Source: Dimorphilus gyrociliatus (Eukaryota; Animalia; Annelida). Taken from it: a stretch of DNA of 64,000 nt. The first letter of the stretch is position 1, and each line of letters opens with the position of its first letter. Below, one piece after another: positions 50,681 through 63,352 of this stretch. Both the position numbers and the translations under genes were made by a program. The notes under the pieces were generated by a model. That model was not told the DNA's origin. It worked only from the letters and a program-made list of their open reading frames with translations, and did no database searches. The stretch covers positions 2,656,946-2,720,945 of the forward strand of contig CAJFCJ010000006.1 of the NCBI GenBank assembly GCA_904063045.1. The letters are read 5' to 3'.

Positions 50681-53600
50681 ATGTCGCAACTAGAAACTTG
50701 GGTAAATGATAAGTTGCATGATATTGTTGGAATGTCCAACAGACAGCTGACAGAATTTATGATTGGGCTTGGAAAACGAGCCGTTACTCCTGAAGAATTT
50801 ATTGAAAAGTTAAGAGATACTAATACAATAGCAATAGATGATGTTTCTTCGAATTTTGCTGTAGAACTTTGGCACAAGTTACCTCATAAAAATGTTGTAA
50901 AGCAGGCGAGAATTACCGAAGCTCAATCAATAGCTGAACAAAAACGCCAGAGAAGCTATCAACTTGTATCAGAGGATAGTGATGAGGATGAACGGCCCAA
51001 AGTTAAAAAATCTAAAAGAGAAAAATCTACAAGACTGACAAGAAATATACGGCGTCGAAAAGCTTCTAGCAGTGAAGAGAGTGAAGAAGAACCTGAACCA
51101 GTTCGATCTTCAAAACCGAAGAAAGAAGAATCATCTGAAGACGAATATGATAAATTGGAAAGGGAGCGTATACAAGATCTTAAGGAAAGAGATGAACTCT
51201 CAGAGAGAATCAAGGAAAAAGACAAAAATTCTACTCGTAATATTATGTCTAAGAGTGACAAGAAAGCATATGAAGAGGCTGCAAAACGGTTAAAAATGCA
51301 AAAGCAAGACAAACAAAAAATTGTACCGGAACTTCGGGACAAATCTCGTAAAGAGTATCTTGAAAAAAGAAGAAAAGAAAAGATTGATGATTTAGAGTTG
51401 CAAATTCAAGAAGAAGAATACTATTTTAAGGATACTAAATTAACAGAGAAAGAAAAGCAGCGCTTAATGGAGAAAAAACAACAGTTGGAACTAGCGAGAG
51501 GTCACCAAAGAGCGGCTGACATTATGAAAAGAGACCGCTACTATATTCCCAAAGAGGGAGTTAAACCAGACAACAGATATGTTGAGGAAACTGAAAAAGG
51601 TATTAACGAAATGGCCTTATGGGAGGAACAACATGTAAAGGCAGCTCTAACATCATATGGGTCTAAGGATGCAGCCGGGCAAAAAAAAAAAGAATATGAC
51701 ATGATAATGGACGAAGAAATTGAGTTTGTCCAAACTATAAAAATGCCAGGGACAGGTGGCAAAAAAAATAAAGTGCAACTAACTGAACAAGATATGAAGA
51801 AACTTTCAATTGAAGAAACTAAAAGGTCTCTTCCCATTTATCCATTCAAAGAATCCCTTATTGAAGCTGTTAGGGACCATCAGGTCTTAATCATTGAAGG
51901 AGAAACTGGATCTGGTAAAACAACACAAATTCCTCAGTTTTTACACGAAGCAGGTTTTACAGATAATAAAATGAAAATTGGATGTACACAGCCAAGACGA
52001 GTAGCCGCAATGTCGGTAGCAGCAAGAGTTGCAGACGAAATGAATTTTAAACTCGGTAACGAAGTCGGATACAGTATTCGTTTCGAAGATTGCACATCTG
52101 AGAGAACTTTAATAAAATATATGACTGATGGAATGTTATTGAGAGAATTTCTTTCAGAACCTGATTTAGGATCATATTCAGTTATGATTATAGATGAAGC
52201 TCACGAACGTACCTTGCATACTGATGTATTATTTGGTTTAGTTAAAGACATTGCCCGATTCCGACCAGATTTAAAATTGTTAATTTCTTCCGCGACTTTG
52301 GATGCTGAAAAATTTTCAGAGTTTTTTGATGATGCTCCCGTGTTCAGAATTCCAGGACGTCGATTTCCTGTAGATATATATTATACTAAAGCTCCCGAAG
52401 CTGACTATATAGATGCTGCCGTTGTTTCTGTCTTACAAATTCATAGTACACAACCTAAAGGAGACATTTTAGTTTTTATGACAGGACAGGAAGAAATTGA
52501 TACTGCAACGGAAGTTCTTATGGAAAGAACGAAACGTCTTGGATCCAGAATAAAAGAGTTAATAATATGTCCTATTTATGCAAATTTACCTAGTGATCTT
52601 CAAGCTAAAATTTTTGACCCAACCCCTCCTGAATCAAGAAAAGTTGTTTTAGCGACAAACATTGCCGAAACTTCAATTACCATTGATGGAATTGTCTATG
52701 TTATTGACCCAGGTTTCTCTAAGCAAAAAAGTTATAATGCCAGAACTGGTATGGAGTCTCTGATAGTTACACCGATATCTAAAGCCAATGCTAATCAAAG
52801 GGCCGGACGAGCTGGTAGAGTATCAGCCGGAAAATGTTTTAGATTATATACTGCTTGGGCATACAAACACGAATTGGACGAAAATACCATTCCTGAAATT
52901 CAAAGAACTAATCTTGGAAATGTTGTTATACTCTTAAAATCTTTGGGGATAAATGATTTACTTCATTTTGACTTTATGGATCCTCCACCACATGAAACTT
53001 TAGTCATAGCGTTGGAGCAACTTTATGCATTGGGAGCATTAAATCATATGGGAGAGTTGACGAAACTTGGTCGAAGAATGGCTGAATTTCCTCTCGATCC
53101 AATGCTCTCAAAAATGCTTATTGCATCTGAAAAATACAAATGTTCGGAAGAAATATTAACAGTTGCCGCCATGCTATCAGTGAACAATGCAATTTTCTAT
53201 AGACCAAAAGATAAGATAGTTCATGCTGATACTGCCAGAACAAATTTCTTTAAGCCTGGTGGAGATCATTTAACTCTCTTAAACGTTTACAATCAATGGG
53301 TTGAGACAAATTATTCAACTCAATGGTGTTTCGAAAACTTTATTCAGCATCGGTCGATGAAAAGAGCGAGAGATGTAAGAGATCAATTAGAAGGATTATT
53401 GCAAAGAGTTGAAATAGACATACTTTCCAGCACCGATTCAGTTGATATAAGAAAAGCCATAACTGCTGGATTTTTTTACCATACCGCAAGACTAGGTAAA
53501 GGTGGCCAATATAAAACTGTTAAACATCAGCAAACAGTTATGATTCATCCAAATTCATCACTTTTCGAAACTCAACCAAGATGGATTGTTTATCACGAAT

Positions 53601-53749
53601 TAGTATTTACAACAAAAGAATATATGAGACAAGTTTCAGAAATTGAAAATAATTGGTTGTTAGAAGTAGCTCCCCATTACTATAAACAGAAAGAGCTTGA
53701 AGATAATTCCAATAAAAAGTTGCCTAAAACAGTTGGCAAAAGTTGTTAG
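50681..53749 (+). CDS. DHX16: Pre-mRNA-splicing factor DEAH helicase DHX16 (Prp2), intronless CDS
   Basis: '[11 protein letters not shown]', '[13 protein letters not shown]', 'DEAHER', 'SAT', 'QRAGRAGR', OB-fold C-terminus. The ATG is at 50681; the ORF-track start at 50618 is a GTG. Confidence 0.96.
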   Translation: MSQLETWVNDKLHDIVGMSNRQLTEFMIGLGKRAVTPEEFIEKLRDTNTIAIDDVSSNFAVELWHKLPHKNVVKQARITEAQSIAEQKRQRSYQLVSEDSDEDERPKVKKSKREKSTRLTRNIRRRKASSSEESEEEPEPVRSSKPKKEESSEDEYDKLERERIQDLKERDELSERIKEKDKNSTRNIMSKSDKKAYEEAAKRLKMQKQDKQKIVPELRDKSRKEYLEKRRKEKIDDLELQIQEEEYYFKDTKLTEKEKQRLMEKKQQLELARGHQRAADIMKRDRYYIPKEGVKPDNRYVEETEKGINEMALWEEQHVKAALTSYGSKDAAGQKKKEYDMIMDEEIEFVQTIKMPGTGGKKNKVQLTEQDMKKLSIEETKRSLPIYPFKESLIEAVRDHQVLIIEGETGSGKTTQIPQFLHEAGFTDNKMKIGCTQPRRVAAMSVAARVADEMNFKLGNEVGYSIRFEDCTSERTLIKYMTDGMLLREFLSEPDLGSYSVMIIDEAHERTLHTDVLFGLVKDIARFRPDLKLLISSATLDAEKFSEFFDDAPVFRIPGRRFPVDIYYTKAPEADYIDAAVVSVLQIHSTQPKGDILVFMTGQEEIDTATEVLMERTKRLGSRIKELIICPIYANLPSDLQAKIFDPTPPESRKVVLATNIAETSITIDGIVYVIDPGFSKQKSYNARTGMESLIVTPISKANANQRAGRAGRVSAGKCFRLYTAWAYKHELDENTIPEIQRTNLGNVVILLKSLGINDLLHFDFMDPPPHETLVIALEQLYALGALNHMGELTKLGRRMAEFPLDPMLSKMLIASEKYKCSEEILTVAAMLSVNNAIFYRPKDKIVHADTARTNFFKPGGDHLTLLNVYNQWVETNYSTQWCFENFIQHRSMKRARDVRDQLEGLLQRVEIDILSSTDSVDIRKAITAGFFYHTARLGKGGQYKTVKHQQTVMIHPNSSLFETQPRWIVYHELVFTTKEYMRQVSEIENNWLLEVAPHYYKQKELEDNSNKKLPKTVGKSC

Positions 53750-54587
53750 CAGATTGATAAACAATAGAAGAGTTCAAGAGCATAGATGTCTAACCGAAGT
53801 TCAGACCTAACAAATATTGTTTTGCTAAATATTGATTGATATTTAGGAAAAGCTAGGATAAACGATGTCTGATAAAATTTATCATTTAATTTTTAGATGG
53901 ACAAGACGATGATGAGTTTTGTTGAGTTAAAAGTTAGACCTTGAATATAAGATATATGCTAAATTACAGGAAAGTGACATATATCATAGTTAATACTTTA
54001 TCATCAAAGGACTGTTTGGTGTAAGATATTTGATGCGTCGTCTGCTCTATTTTCCATTCAAAATCATGTAAATTAACTATTTTTATGTCTTCTCCATGAC
54101 AAAAAATAAAAACTAAATATCCAATTCAGTGCTTATTGTCTTTTAATATATAAAATGTAACTTATTTAGGCTTGTGTAACAACCGACTGTTACACTGATG
54201 GATTATAGAATATTGTGTCCAGAATGAGTATTTGATAAAATAGGGCGACAATTATTAAGTTAGTTTTAAATTGGTGTGATATTTCATTTATTCTTTATGT
54301 TTTTTATTGTTGATGTCCTAATTCTTTTATTAAAGTTTTTTTTTGACAAAAAACAAGTATGAAATTTTTACGGGGAAAAAAGCTGCTTACAAGTTATATT
54401 TTAAAAATGAAGTACGCTAATTTATCTATTACTTATTGTCTTTATAATTAATTAATATAAATTACTTTCTGAAGATAAACATACGAAAATATAAATTAAA
54501 ATATGAATTACGTAATATTCAACTAGTTGTTGCGCAATCCTATTATTATTATTTTTAATGATTTGAGACCTTACCGCATAAACTATC

Positions 54588-55971
54588 ATGTCCAAAGATA
54601 CAACTTGGTCTAAAGTAAAACTTACCAATTTAATTAAGGCTGTAAAGGACCACCCTTGTTTATGGCAGAGTAGAAATAGTTCTTTCAAAGATACAAGGGT
54701 TAGAAATGCAGCATGGTCTGAGATATCTGAATTATTTGAATCCTCGACTGGTAAGTAGTGCTATTTCCGGTATAATTTTACAATTTTACAATTTACAACC
54801 TAATTAAGCCTATTACAGGATTTACATATACTCTCTTAATTCATTATTTTAAGATTTAAAAACAAAAATCAAACATTTTTCTAAATATAAATCGTTATAT
54901 TACATAACAGCAAACTTTTTTATCATTAGCTTGAACATATAGCTTGACACGTGTAAAAATAGCTTTACTATTTATATGCTCTTAAAATATCTACTTTAGC
55001 TGAATTAACAGGTTCCTTTGGTCTAATATATATCTATATATATCTACATATATATTATATAATACAACAACAAAAAATACAACAATCGACAAAAAAAGAA
55101 TTACTATTCTTAGAAAACACATGCCCCATTTTCTTCCTCTATAAATCGGGGTTTATTATTTGACAAAAGTAATAAATAGGTCTTATTCTATGACTTCAAT
55201 TTGTTTATATAAATATACTTTAATATAGATGAGGTACAGCAACAGTGGTGTAATATACGGAATCAGTATCGTAGAACTAGGATAAGTGCAATTAAAAATG
55301 GAACATACTTTAGAGCCTACTATAACTATCATAAAATTTTGAACTTTTTGGACGAATCTGAGTTTAATTTGGAAAATTCGATGGATCAAGACATTACTGA
55401 TCTCGAATGTGCTAAAGCCAAATTATTCGAAATTCCCAAGTGTACAACACTATCGGTAGAACTGAATAAAGATAAATTTAAGACAGTAAAATCTATACCG
55501 ACAAATAATCTTTTCTCATCCATTAAAAATGAAAAATCTTCGCTCCCTACGAAATTTGGAAAGAGGGAGAAACCTAAAAACGTTAATAATATGAATAAGA
55601 AACTTATTGAAATTTTACCAAGGCAACAGCAGCAAAGTTTAACATCTCAAGACTCTAGACAACTTATTCAACCCGCTCAAAATCAACGTATTATCTTTAT
55701 TCCAAATTATTGCAATCGAAATCGAACAAATACTGTTACTGAAGCTCTAGAAAAACATAATATTACTCTAAATACGCTTACTACTAAAGTTGAAAAGACT
55801 GCTAATCCTCAAATTAAGGAGCAGGATTCGATAATAATTACAAAGCCTACTAGTATTCAAAAATTTATGCTTTCAATGGCTGACCAACTAGCTGATTTGG
55901 ATGGTGGAAAACAAAGAGAAGCAATGATTGGGGTTATCCAAACCATTAATAGTTTTTGTGATAACACTTAA
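54588..55971 (+). CDS. MADF-domain transcription factor with a C-terminal BESS-like motif, 2 exons (54588-54750, 55229-55971)
   Basis: 'LIKAVKDHPCLWQSRNSSFKDTRVRNAAWSEIS' joined to 'EVQQQWCNIRNQYRR...YYNYHKILNFL'. C-terminus 'KFMLSMADQLADLDGGKQREAMIGVIQTI'. Confidence 0.85.
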
Positions 55972-56253
55972 AAAACAACTTTACCTTTTTAAGTTATTCT
56001 TAAGAAATCTCTATATAGTGAAAGTTTAATTAGTAAATCGAGTCACAAATATTTTTATCGTTTTCTATGGAAAGTACTATTTAGGACTAATATTTGGTTT
56101 GGATCTAGATCATTTGGGCCTATAAAAGGTGGATTGTTATCACAGTAGCGAATAGCTGCCGTTGTACTATGTACTAAATCAAAATACGTGTCTGCTATGA
56201 AAACATTTTAAACTTGATTATTCTTATATTGTATTTTAGGAGGGAATTTGAAA

Positions 56254-57971
56254 ATGATTCTCTCTGTTTTTGTAACATCCTTTTTCTGTGTTATTTGTAA
56301 TACAACACCGATTGAAAAACCTAATATAGTAATGTTTCTTTCTGATGATTTTGGATATGGAGATTTGTCCGTTTATGGACATCCTAGTCAGGAGCAGACG
56401 ATACTTGATAAGATGGCACTTGAAGGCATACGATTTACGAGCTTTTATTCATCAAGCTTTTTTTGTACACCAAGCAGAGCGGCACTTTTAACTGGTAGAC
56501 TACCTCATAGAAGTGGAATAATTGGTGATATAGGAAAATTTTCTCTGCCCGTTCTCCTCCCATCCCACTCAACAGGTTTGCCTCATGAGGAATATACACT
56601 TGCAGAAGCTCTTCGAGACGGTGGCTACAAGACAGGAATAGTTGGAAAATGGCATTTAGGTATTTTGATGAATTTTTAACTGTTGAAACTAATTAAAAGA
56701 CACATGGTGAACCTATAAAGTCCCATTTACTTAGGTATTAATCAGTACAATCATAAGGATGGAACATTACTACCACATACTCACGGCTTTGACTATGTTG
56801 GCCATATACTTCCCTTCAGTCTTGAGCAAAAATGTGATGATATGGGTGTAAATATAAAATATAATTTTCTCTCTATTTTATCATATAAACTGCATTATAA
56901 TTTATAGCACCACCAAGCCAAACAAAATAGAAATAGATGTTTCGTTTATAAGAATGACACAATTGTTGAACAACCAATTAGGTTTGAAACGCTAAGTCAG
57001 AGATTTCTTGAAGATGCTCAATCATTTATTTATGAAACGACAATGGATAAAACGTCAAATAAGCCTTTTTTCCTATATTATTCATTACCACAGCCTCATA
57101 CGCCTATGTTTAATATGAAGAGATTCAATGGAAAATCAAAACGAGGTCATTATGGAGATCAAATTCTGGAAATGTCATGGCAGGTTGAAGAAATTGTAAA
57201 TTTATTAAAGGCGGAAAATCAGTTAAATAATACTTTAGTATTATTTCTAAGTGACCATGGACCCCATTTAGAAATATGTGGAGAAGGCGGAAATTCTGGT
57301 CCATTAAAAGGTAATTTTGATAATTGATTCTCCATAAAGCAACACTAATAATATTCCAAATAATAGGTGGAAAAGGAACTGCCTTTGAAGGTGGAGTGAG
57401 GGTACCTGCCATAGCATGGTGGCCAGGTAAATTAAAGCCTGCAGTATCAACCGAAATTTTCAACCTAATGGATATATTTCCTACATTGTTGAGTTTGGTA
57501 AATATATCTCTACCAAATATAAAACTTGATGGATATGACAATCATGAAAGTTTAATCAATTCTAAGAAAGCATCTAAAAGAGAAACAAATTTCTTCTATT
57601 GTAGTCATATATTAATGGCTGTACAGTACAGAAATTATAAAATTCATTATTACGAATTTGATAAAATAACAGAGGAGGACATTGCCAACAATTGTAAGAA
57701 TGGTAGATCAATAAGAGACTTTTATATGATGGGTTTGGATTGTGAAAATGCTAAAAAACTTGACACCGCTGCTTTGTACAATATTGATATGGATCCCGGA
57801 GAAGCGATGCCATTAGATATTGACGATCATCAAGATGTAATCAACAAGTTTGACAGGATTGTTAAAGAGCATAAAGAGAATTTAACATATAATACTATCA
57901 ATAGATTATCCAAGGATTATACTGATTCTAAACTAACACCTTGCTGTAGTCCACCATACTGTTTATGTTAA
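56254..57971 (+). CDS. Arylsulfatase (ARS/STS/GALNS-like type I sulfatase), 4 exons
   Basis: Signal peptide, 'PNIVMFLSDDFGYGDL', formylglycine motif CTPSRAALLTGR, 'GKWHLG', 'SDHG', 'GKGTAFEGGVRVP', C-terminal 'PCCSPPYCLC'. Confidence 0.93.
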
Positions 57972-58585
57972 CTAAAAAGAGAGAAAGTAGTTGGCAAAGA
58001 TAAATTAAAATTCCTAAAGCATTATCATTTCAGCTAGTAAAACATGAATGTTTATATACATGATATATAGATGAATATATTTCCATTAATTAATTATTAA
58101 AGTAGCTTTCAACAGATAAAGAAATCGTTAGTATTTTAATTAAACGACTCTGAAAGTATTACCTAATTTCCTTATTTGGTCCATATTTCTTTGTCTATAA
58201 AACAATTGTTCTAAATTGATTTTAACAAAACCTTATATAAAATTGACTTCTCGTTTAAACACATTTAGAGAAATGCATTCATTTTTATATCTAATCGTTG
58301 TATGTAATTAGCATATTTGTAATAATTACTTTTGTTACATTTTGATCTAATAAAATTGGAAATTTTCTTTTGGAAACAAATCGCTTATCGATGAAGATCT
58401 TTTATTATGATAAAATGAAATGTTAACGATTGACCAGTCTAAGACACAAGGAAATTGACTAATTAGAAGCAATAATTATTCAAGAATAACGCCAGTGTCG
58501 CTAGTGGAGCTTTTACATTATTCTTCCACTTGAATGATAGGATATACAAGTTACACTAGCATTGAAGAAACTCGAATCTGATGAT

Positions 58586-59539
58586 ATGAGCCCTTCCAAT
58601 ACTACTCAAACAACAAGTAATATAGAAGAAATGGCATTTCCATTAACCGTAGCAATTCTATTATTCTTATTTGGTTTACTTGGAAATTTAATTGTTATCA
58701 GTACAATTCTAATATCTAAGCACTTGAAACTTATTAATCAAGGTCTTATAGTTAGTTTGTCACTAGCGGATACAATGTTTCTAACACTTGCCTTTCCGTT
58801 AATAGTGGTGGCAATTATTCACAAGAAATGGATTTTTACCTATGAAGTTTGTGTATTCGAAGGATTTGTAACTGTGACAGTTTGTCAAATTTCGGTTTGC
58901 AATTTAACAGCAATTTCAATAAATAGATACATAAACATATGTCATTTGACTCTGTATAAAAGAATATTTAGTGAAAGGTATATTTTTCTGTTGGCTCTGT
59001 TAGCTTGGCTCTGTGGAGTTATTCCATCAGGGTTAGGACTATTAATGAACTATGCAAGAATAGCATATAGTCCAAAATTGGATTCGTGCGTCTACGAATG
59101 GACATATAGCATGAATTTTAATATTATCCTAGCAATCTTCTTTACACTTCAATTTATAATAATTGTTTTTTGCTATACAAGAATCTACTATACGTTTATT
59201 TCAAGTAAAAGAAGAATACATGGACTGAATCAGCAAAGAAATAGCCAAAGTAAAAGAAAGGAAGATAAAAGGCTTATTTTACAATTGTTTATTGTTTTCA
59301 TAGCATATTTGGCTTGTTGGTATCCTTATTTAACATTGGCCCTTTTTATAGATCCATATCATACATATCCAAGATACGTTTATGATATAACAGCTAATTT
59401 TATAGTTTTAAATTCAGTAGTAAATCCACCAATCTATTTCTTTTTTAATAAAGTTTTAAGGAAAGAAGCTTTAAAATTTTGGTCATTCGGATATTGGAAA
59501 GATACAAGTTCAATTTCTAATCAATTAACAATTGACTAA
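58586..59539 (+). CDS. Class A GPCR, NRY-type (melatonin receptor / Tre1-Moody-like), intronless, copy 1
   Basis: Seven TM segments, 'GLLGN', 'LSLAD', 'ISINRYINICH', 'CWYP', 'NPPIY'. Confidence 0.9.
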   Translation: MSPSNTTQTTSNIEEMAFPLTVAILLFLFGLLGNLIVISTILISKHLKLINQGLIVSLSLADTMFLTLAFPLIVVAIIHKKWIFTYEVCVFEGFVTVTVCQISVCNLTAISINRYINICHLTLYKRIFSERYIFLLALLAWLCGVIPSGLGLLMNYARIAYSPKLDSCVYEWTYSMNFNIILAIFFTLQFIIIVFCYTRIYYTFISSKRRIHGLNQQRNSQSKRKEDKRLILQLFIVFIAYLACWYPYLTLALFIDPYHTYPRYVYDITANFIVLNSVVNPPIYFFFNKVLRKEALKFWSFGYWKDTSSISNQLTID

Positions 59540-60156
59540 TTTATTATTTATTATGTATTATGTTATTACGTATTTGTTTAATATAAATATATTCAGTTGC
59601 CTAGTATCAGAGTTTTACGTGACAAACACTTATTTTCTAAGATTTGAGAGGAAAATAGCAAACTGTCGTTTAATAAAGTGTTTTAATGTGCTTTTAACAT
59701 TTCCTTTCATTTTGTTGGTGGGATAACGTAAAGCACTTAAAAATAAATTTAATGTGTATGTTGGAGATTTATAGTTGTTTGTCCCAGTTTCTTTTCCTTT
59801 TTTTCAGTTTTCACCATATTACAAGCATAATCAATTTTCCTCTTAGTCCTTAATGTGAACACAAGTTTTTAAATAAGTTATTGATGCATACTCTCAGTAC
59901 ATTGAAAGGTTTAAATTACATGCTTATTAGAGCCGTCGATTATCTTGTACGAGAACCGAAATATAATAGATAGTAAGATGAAATAATTATTCTGATCATA
60001 AGCAAATTGGAAAGATATAGATGGCACTCTTCTGAAATTTCTATCACTCATTCTTTCATATTAAGAGAAGAAGAAAGAGATATATTTGCAAGTTTGTGTT
60101 TATTCTTCATTTGTGTTTTTTTTTTGCTTTTCTTTCTAAAAGAATAATAAGAGAGA

Positions 60157-61158
60157 ATGAGCAATCTTTCCAATATAACAAAAACTCTTACTAATACAAA
60201 GGAACCTCCTCCATCAACTCTGGAATTGGTTATTATTCTTATTGTAGTTGTGATTCTATTAACATTTGGTTTAGTTGGAAATTTAAGTGTAATATGTACA
60301 ATCCTAATTTCGAAGAAATTGAAATTCATTCAACAAGGACTGATAATAAGCCTATCTATGGCAGATTTTATATTTTTAACATTGGGTTTCCCTATCATTA
60401 TTGTGAATGTTGTAAAAAATGAATGGATATTTTCTCATGGACTGTGCGTTTTTCAAGGTCTCGTAGTAACTACCACTACTTTAGTATCAGTTGGAAATCT
60501 TACAATAATATCTATAAACAGGTATATGAGTATATGTCAAATACCTTTATATAAAAGATTATTTACTTCAAAGTTTATATTAATTCTGTCAATTGTTGCC
60601 TGGTTGTACGGTATTATTCCTCCTTGTTTTTCAACACTTTTTGGTTGGACTACCATCAAATTTGAAACAAGTTTAGATAGTTGCGTTTATAATTTCGATT
60701 ATAATATCATTTTTAATATATCGTTATCGGTCTTCTATGGTCTACCTTTGTTTGTCATAATTTATTGCTATGTTATGATTTATCGAACAGTTTGGAATAG
60801 TAAGAAAAAAGTAGGTTTAATTGTTCAAACTGGAAACGGAAATGGGGGTGGTACTCAGGCGAAGAAACTTAAAAAGGAGGAGTTGCGATTGGCCCTTCAG
60901 CTATTTATAGTTTTCATTTCGTTTATTCTTTGCTGGTATCCCCTTTTGATAGTTGTCCTCTTCATTGACAATAAAATGGAATTACCTAGAATAGTTTACG
61001 ATATTACTGGAAATCTCATTGTACTTAACGCTGTCATTAATCCACCAATCTATTTCTTCTTTAATTCAACACTTCGAAAAGAACTGATCAGACTTATCAT
61101 CTGTAAGAAACCATCAGCTACTCAAATAACAGAAATATCATTAACTGGTACTGGCTAA
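60157..61158 (+). CDS. Class A GPCR, NRY-type, intronless, copy 2 (tandem paralog)
   Basis: Seven TM segments, 'GLVGN', 'LSMAD', 'ISINRYMSICQ', 'CWYP', 'NPPIY'; colinear with copy 1. Confidence 0.9.
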   Translation: MSNLSNITKTLTNTKEPPPSTLELVIILIVVVILLTFGLVGNLSVICTILISKKLKFIQQGLIISLSMADFIFLTLGFPIIIVNVVKNEWIFSHGLCVFQGLVVTTTTLVSVGNLTIISINRYMSICQIPLYKRLFTSKFILILSIVAWLYGIIPPCFSTLFGWTTIKFETSLDSCVYNFDYNIIFNISLSVFYGLPLFVIIYCYVMIYRTVWNSKKKVGLIVQTGNGNGGGTQAKKLKKEELRLALQLFIVFISFILCWYPLLIVVLFIDNKMELPRIVYDITGNLIVLNAVINPPIYFFFNSTLRKELIRLIICKKPSATQITEISLTGTG

Positions 61159-62097
61159 AAAAATGAATTAGTTTGAAAAAGACAACCACTTTGAACATAA
61201 TAACATAGAGCACAAATAAGAGACAATAGATAGCAATATTGTCCATAATAGAGGTGTGACAAAATGATGGAAAATGGCTTTAATAATAGTAATCTATACT
61301 GTTACTAACAAATTCTTGTGTTATTTTTTGTTTCTTTTTAAATCACTAACGGCGTCTCTGTTTCGTTATAAAAATAGAATGTCAATAGTTGTCTATTCTT
61401 CGTGCCAGAGTGACGCTGATTACAGGAAAAATGAAAATTGTTAAATATATCTGATGATGTCAAACGATCTTTTTCCCTTTCAGTTAAACAATCAGTTTTA
61501 ATCTATATATGAATATTAAAGAAGTTAATAATATAACAAAGTAGTGTTATATCTATAATATCATTAACGATTAACAATCGAAGGAAGATTCAATTTTTGA
61601 TCTTTGAATTATTTTTAAAAGGTCAAACATACGATGTGCCTACATGACACATTCCGTATTCTTTTATCCCTTAGGCTATCTATTAAAATCTCTAAAATAA
61701 ATAGCTTTATCTTATGAACAAGTTGAACGCTAAAACACAGCTTCATATAAAATACGCTATGAATTTGGTTTCATTGTTATTAGTTAATAATTACGATATA
61801 ATACGATAAAACCTATTGAAGATTCTTAATGGATTATCGATTATTATCTTTATGTTATCTTGTTTGAATTGATTTGTCAAACTGACTAAGCATTAATTCT
61901 GTTTAAATTTAGCGTATTAATATATTATCTTATCTTAAATGTAGTATATAACAATTGAGTTTTAGTAAGCAAAAGTAGTTTGTGCAAAAGTAGTTTGCGC
62001 AAAAATTTTTCACATTTTTTCAATTTTCCTCAGCGAATGAGCTAAATATAGATTTTTCTTCTTAATTCATTTAGAAAGATAAAAAAGAAAGGAAAAA

Positions 62098-63117
62098 ATG
62101 AAACTGTGGCATGCTAAGGTTATAGCGCTTTTTGTTATTTGCACAACACAAGCGATATTCGTTCATTTGCCTATTAAAATTGCTCCATATTTTTATAAAA
62201 AGGGGCAAAAAGGACAAAAGCTTATTCAATTTTTTCAATGTTTTGCCGGAGGTATTTTCTTTGGAATTTATTTGCTTCATATGGCGCCAGAAGTTAGAGA
62301 ACTGTTGGAAGAACAACTTCTAGACAAGCATAATATTGATTATCCTATTCCGGAAGTAATTATGGGAGGTGGTTTCTTTTTTGTCCTGTTCTTAGAAAAG
62401 TTTGTTCATGTTATATATTTTCGGTCGCAAAAGAACAAACAGGTATCGTCGATTGAACAGAGTCAGCAGGATGTTGAAAAGGAACCAAACGGAAGCATGG
62501 TAATGACGACTCACGGTCAAGAAAATCATACAGATGTTACTCACGATCATACTCATGCAGTTCAACCAGCTCATTCTCATGTACACTTCAGATCGATTCT
62601 TTTCCTTTTGGCTTTATCTCTTCATTGCGTTTTTGAAGGTATTGCAGTTGGTCTTAAGAAGACTGAAAAAGGAGTATGGACTATGATGGCAGCCATTTGC
62701 GCTCATGAAATTGTCGTCTCTTTTTGTCTTGGTTTAAATCTCTATAAAACCTATAAAGATAACATAAAAAGATTTGTCCTGTGTGGTATAATCTATTCTA
62801 TAGATTCACCAATTGGAGTTGCAATTGGTACCATTATCACAAGCACTGGCGGAAATCCAGATAAAGTTGATCTAATTAACGGAATTCTTCAGGGTATCGC
62901 AGCTGGAACTTTTATCTATGTTACATTTTTCGAAATCCTATACGGAAACCTCAATCACGATACACCGTTAGTTATGCTACTAGCAATGCTTGTCGGTTTT
63001 GGAGTTATGTGCGGATTAAAAGCAATTCCAGAAGGTGACGAGCCCGACACACCTGCAAATGCAACTGTAAAAGCTCTTTTCAATATGGACAACTCACTTT
63101 ACAAATTACAATTATAG
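62098..63117 (+). CDS. ZIP (SLC39A1/2/3 subfamily) zinc transporter, intronless
   Basis: 'CFAGGIFFGIYLLH', His-rich loop HTDVTHDHTH...HSHVH, TM4 'SLHCVFEGIAVG', TM5 'AHE' (ZIP3-like), 'GIAAGTFIYVTFFEIL'. Confidence 0.92.
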   Translation: MKLWHAKVIALFVICTTQAIFVHLPIKIAPYFYKKGQKGQKLIQFFQCFAGGIFFGIYLLHMAPEVRELLEEQLLDKHNIDYPIPEVIMGGGFFFVLFLEKFVHVIYFRSQKNKQVSSIEQSQQDVEKEPNGSMVMTTHGQENHTDVTHDHTHAVQPAHSHVHFRSILFLLALSLHCVFEGIAVGLKKTEKGVWTMMAAICAHEIVVSFCLGLNLYKTYKDNIKRFVLCGIIYSIDSPIGVAIGTIITSTGGNPDKVDLINGILQGIAAGTFIYVTFFEILYGNLNHDTPLVMLLAMLVGFGVMCGLKAIPEGDEPDTPANATVKALFNMDNSLYKLQL

Positions 63118-63352
63118 TTTTCTTTTTTTTTTTTAAAAAGAAAAAGAATAATTCTAATTCTCTATTAATTATTTAGGTCAATTTTGTAAATATTTTACTA
63201 TATTTATTTATATATAACTGTTATTTTTAAATGCATTAGTTTAATAAAACAAAAGTAGTTATTTAAATAAATTTTTCACACGACTTTACGTAAAGAATTC
63301 AAAGCTGAAACTCTTTTAAAATATCAACTGTTAACGTTAATGTAGTACTGAA

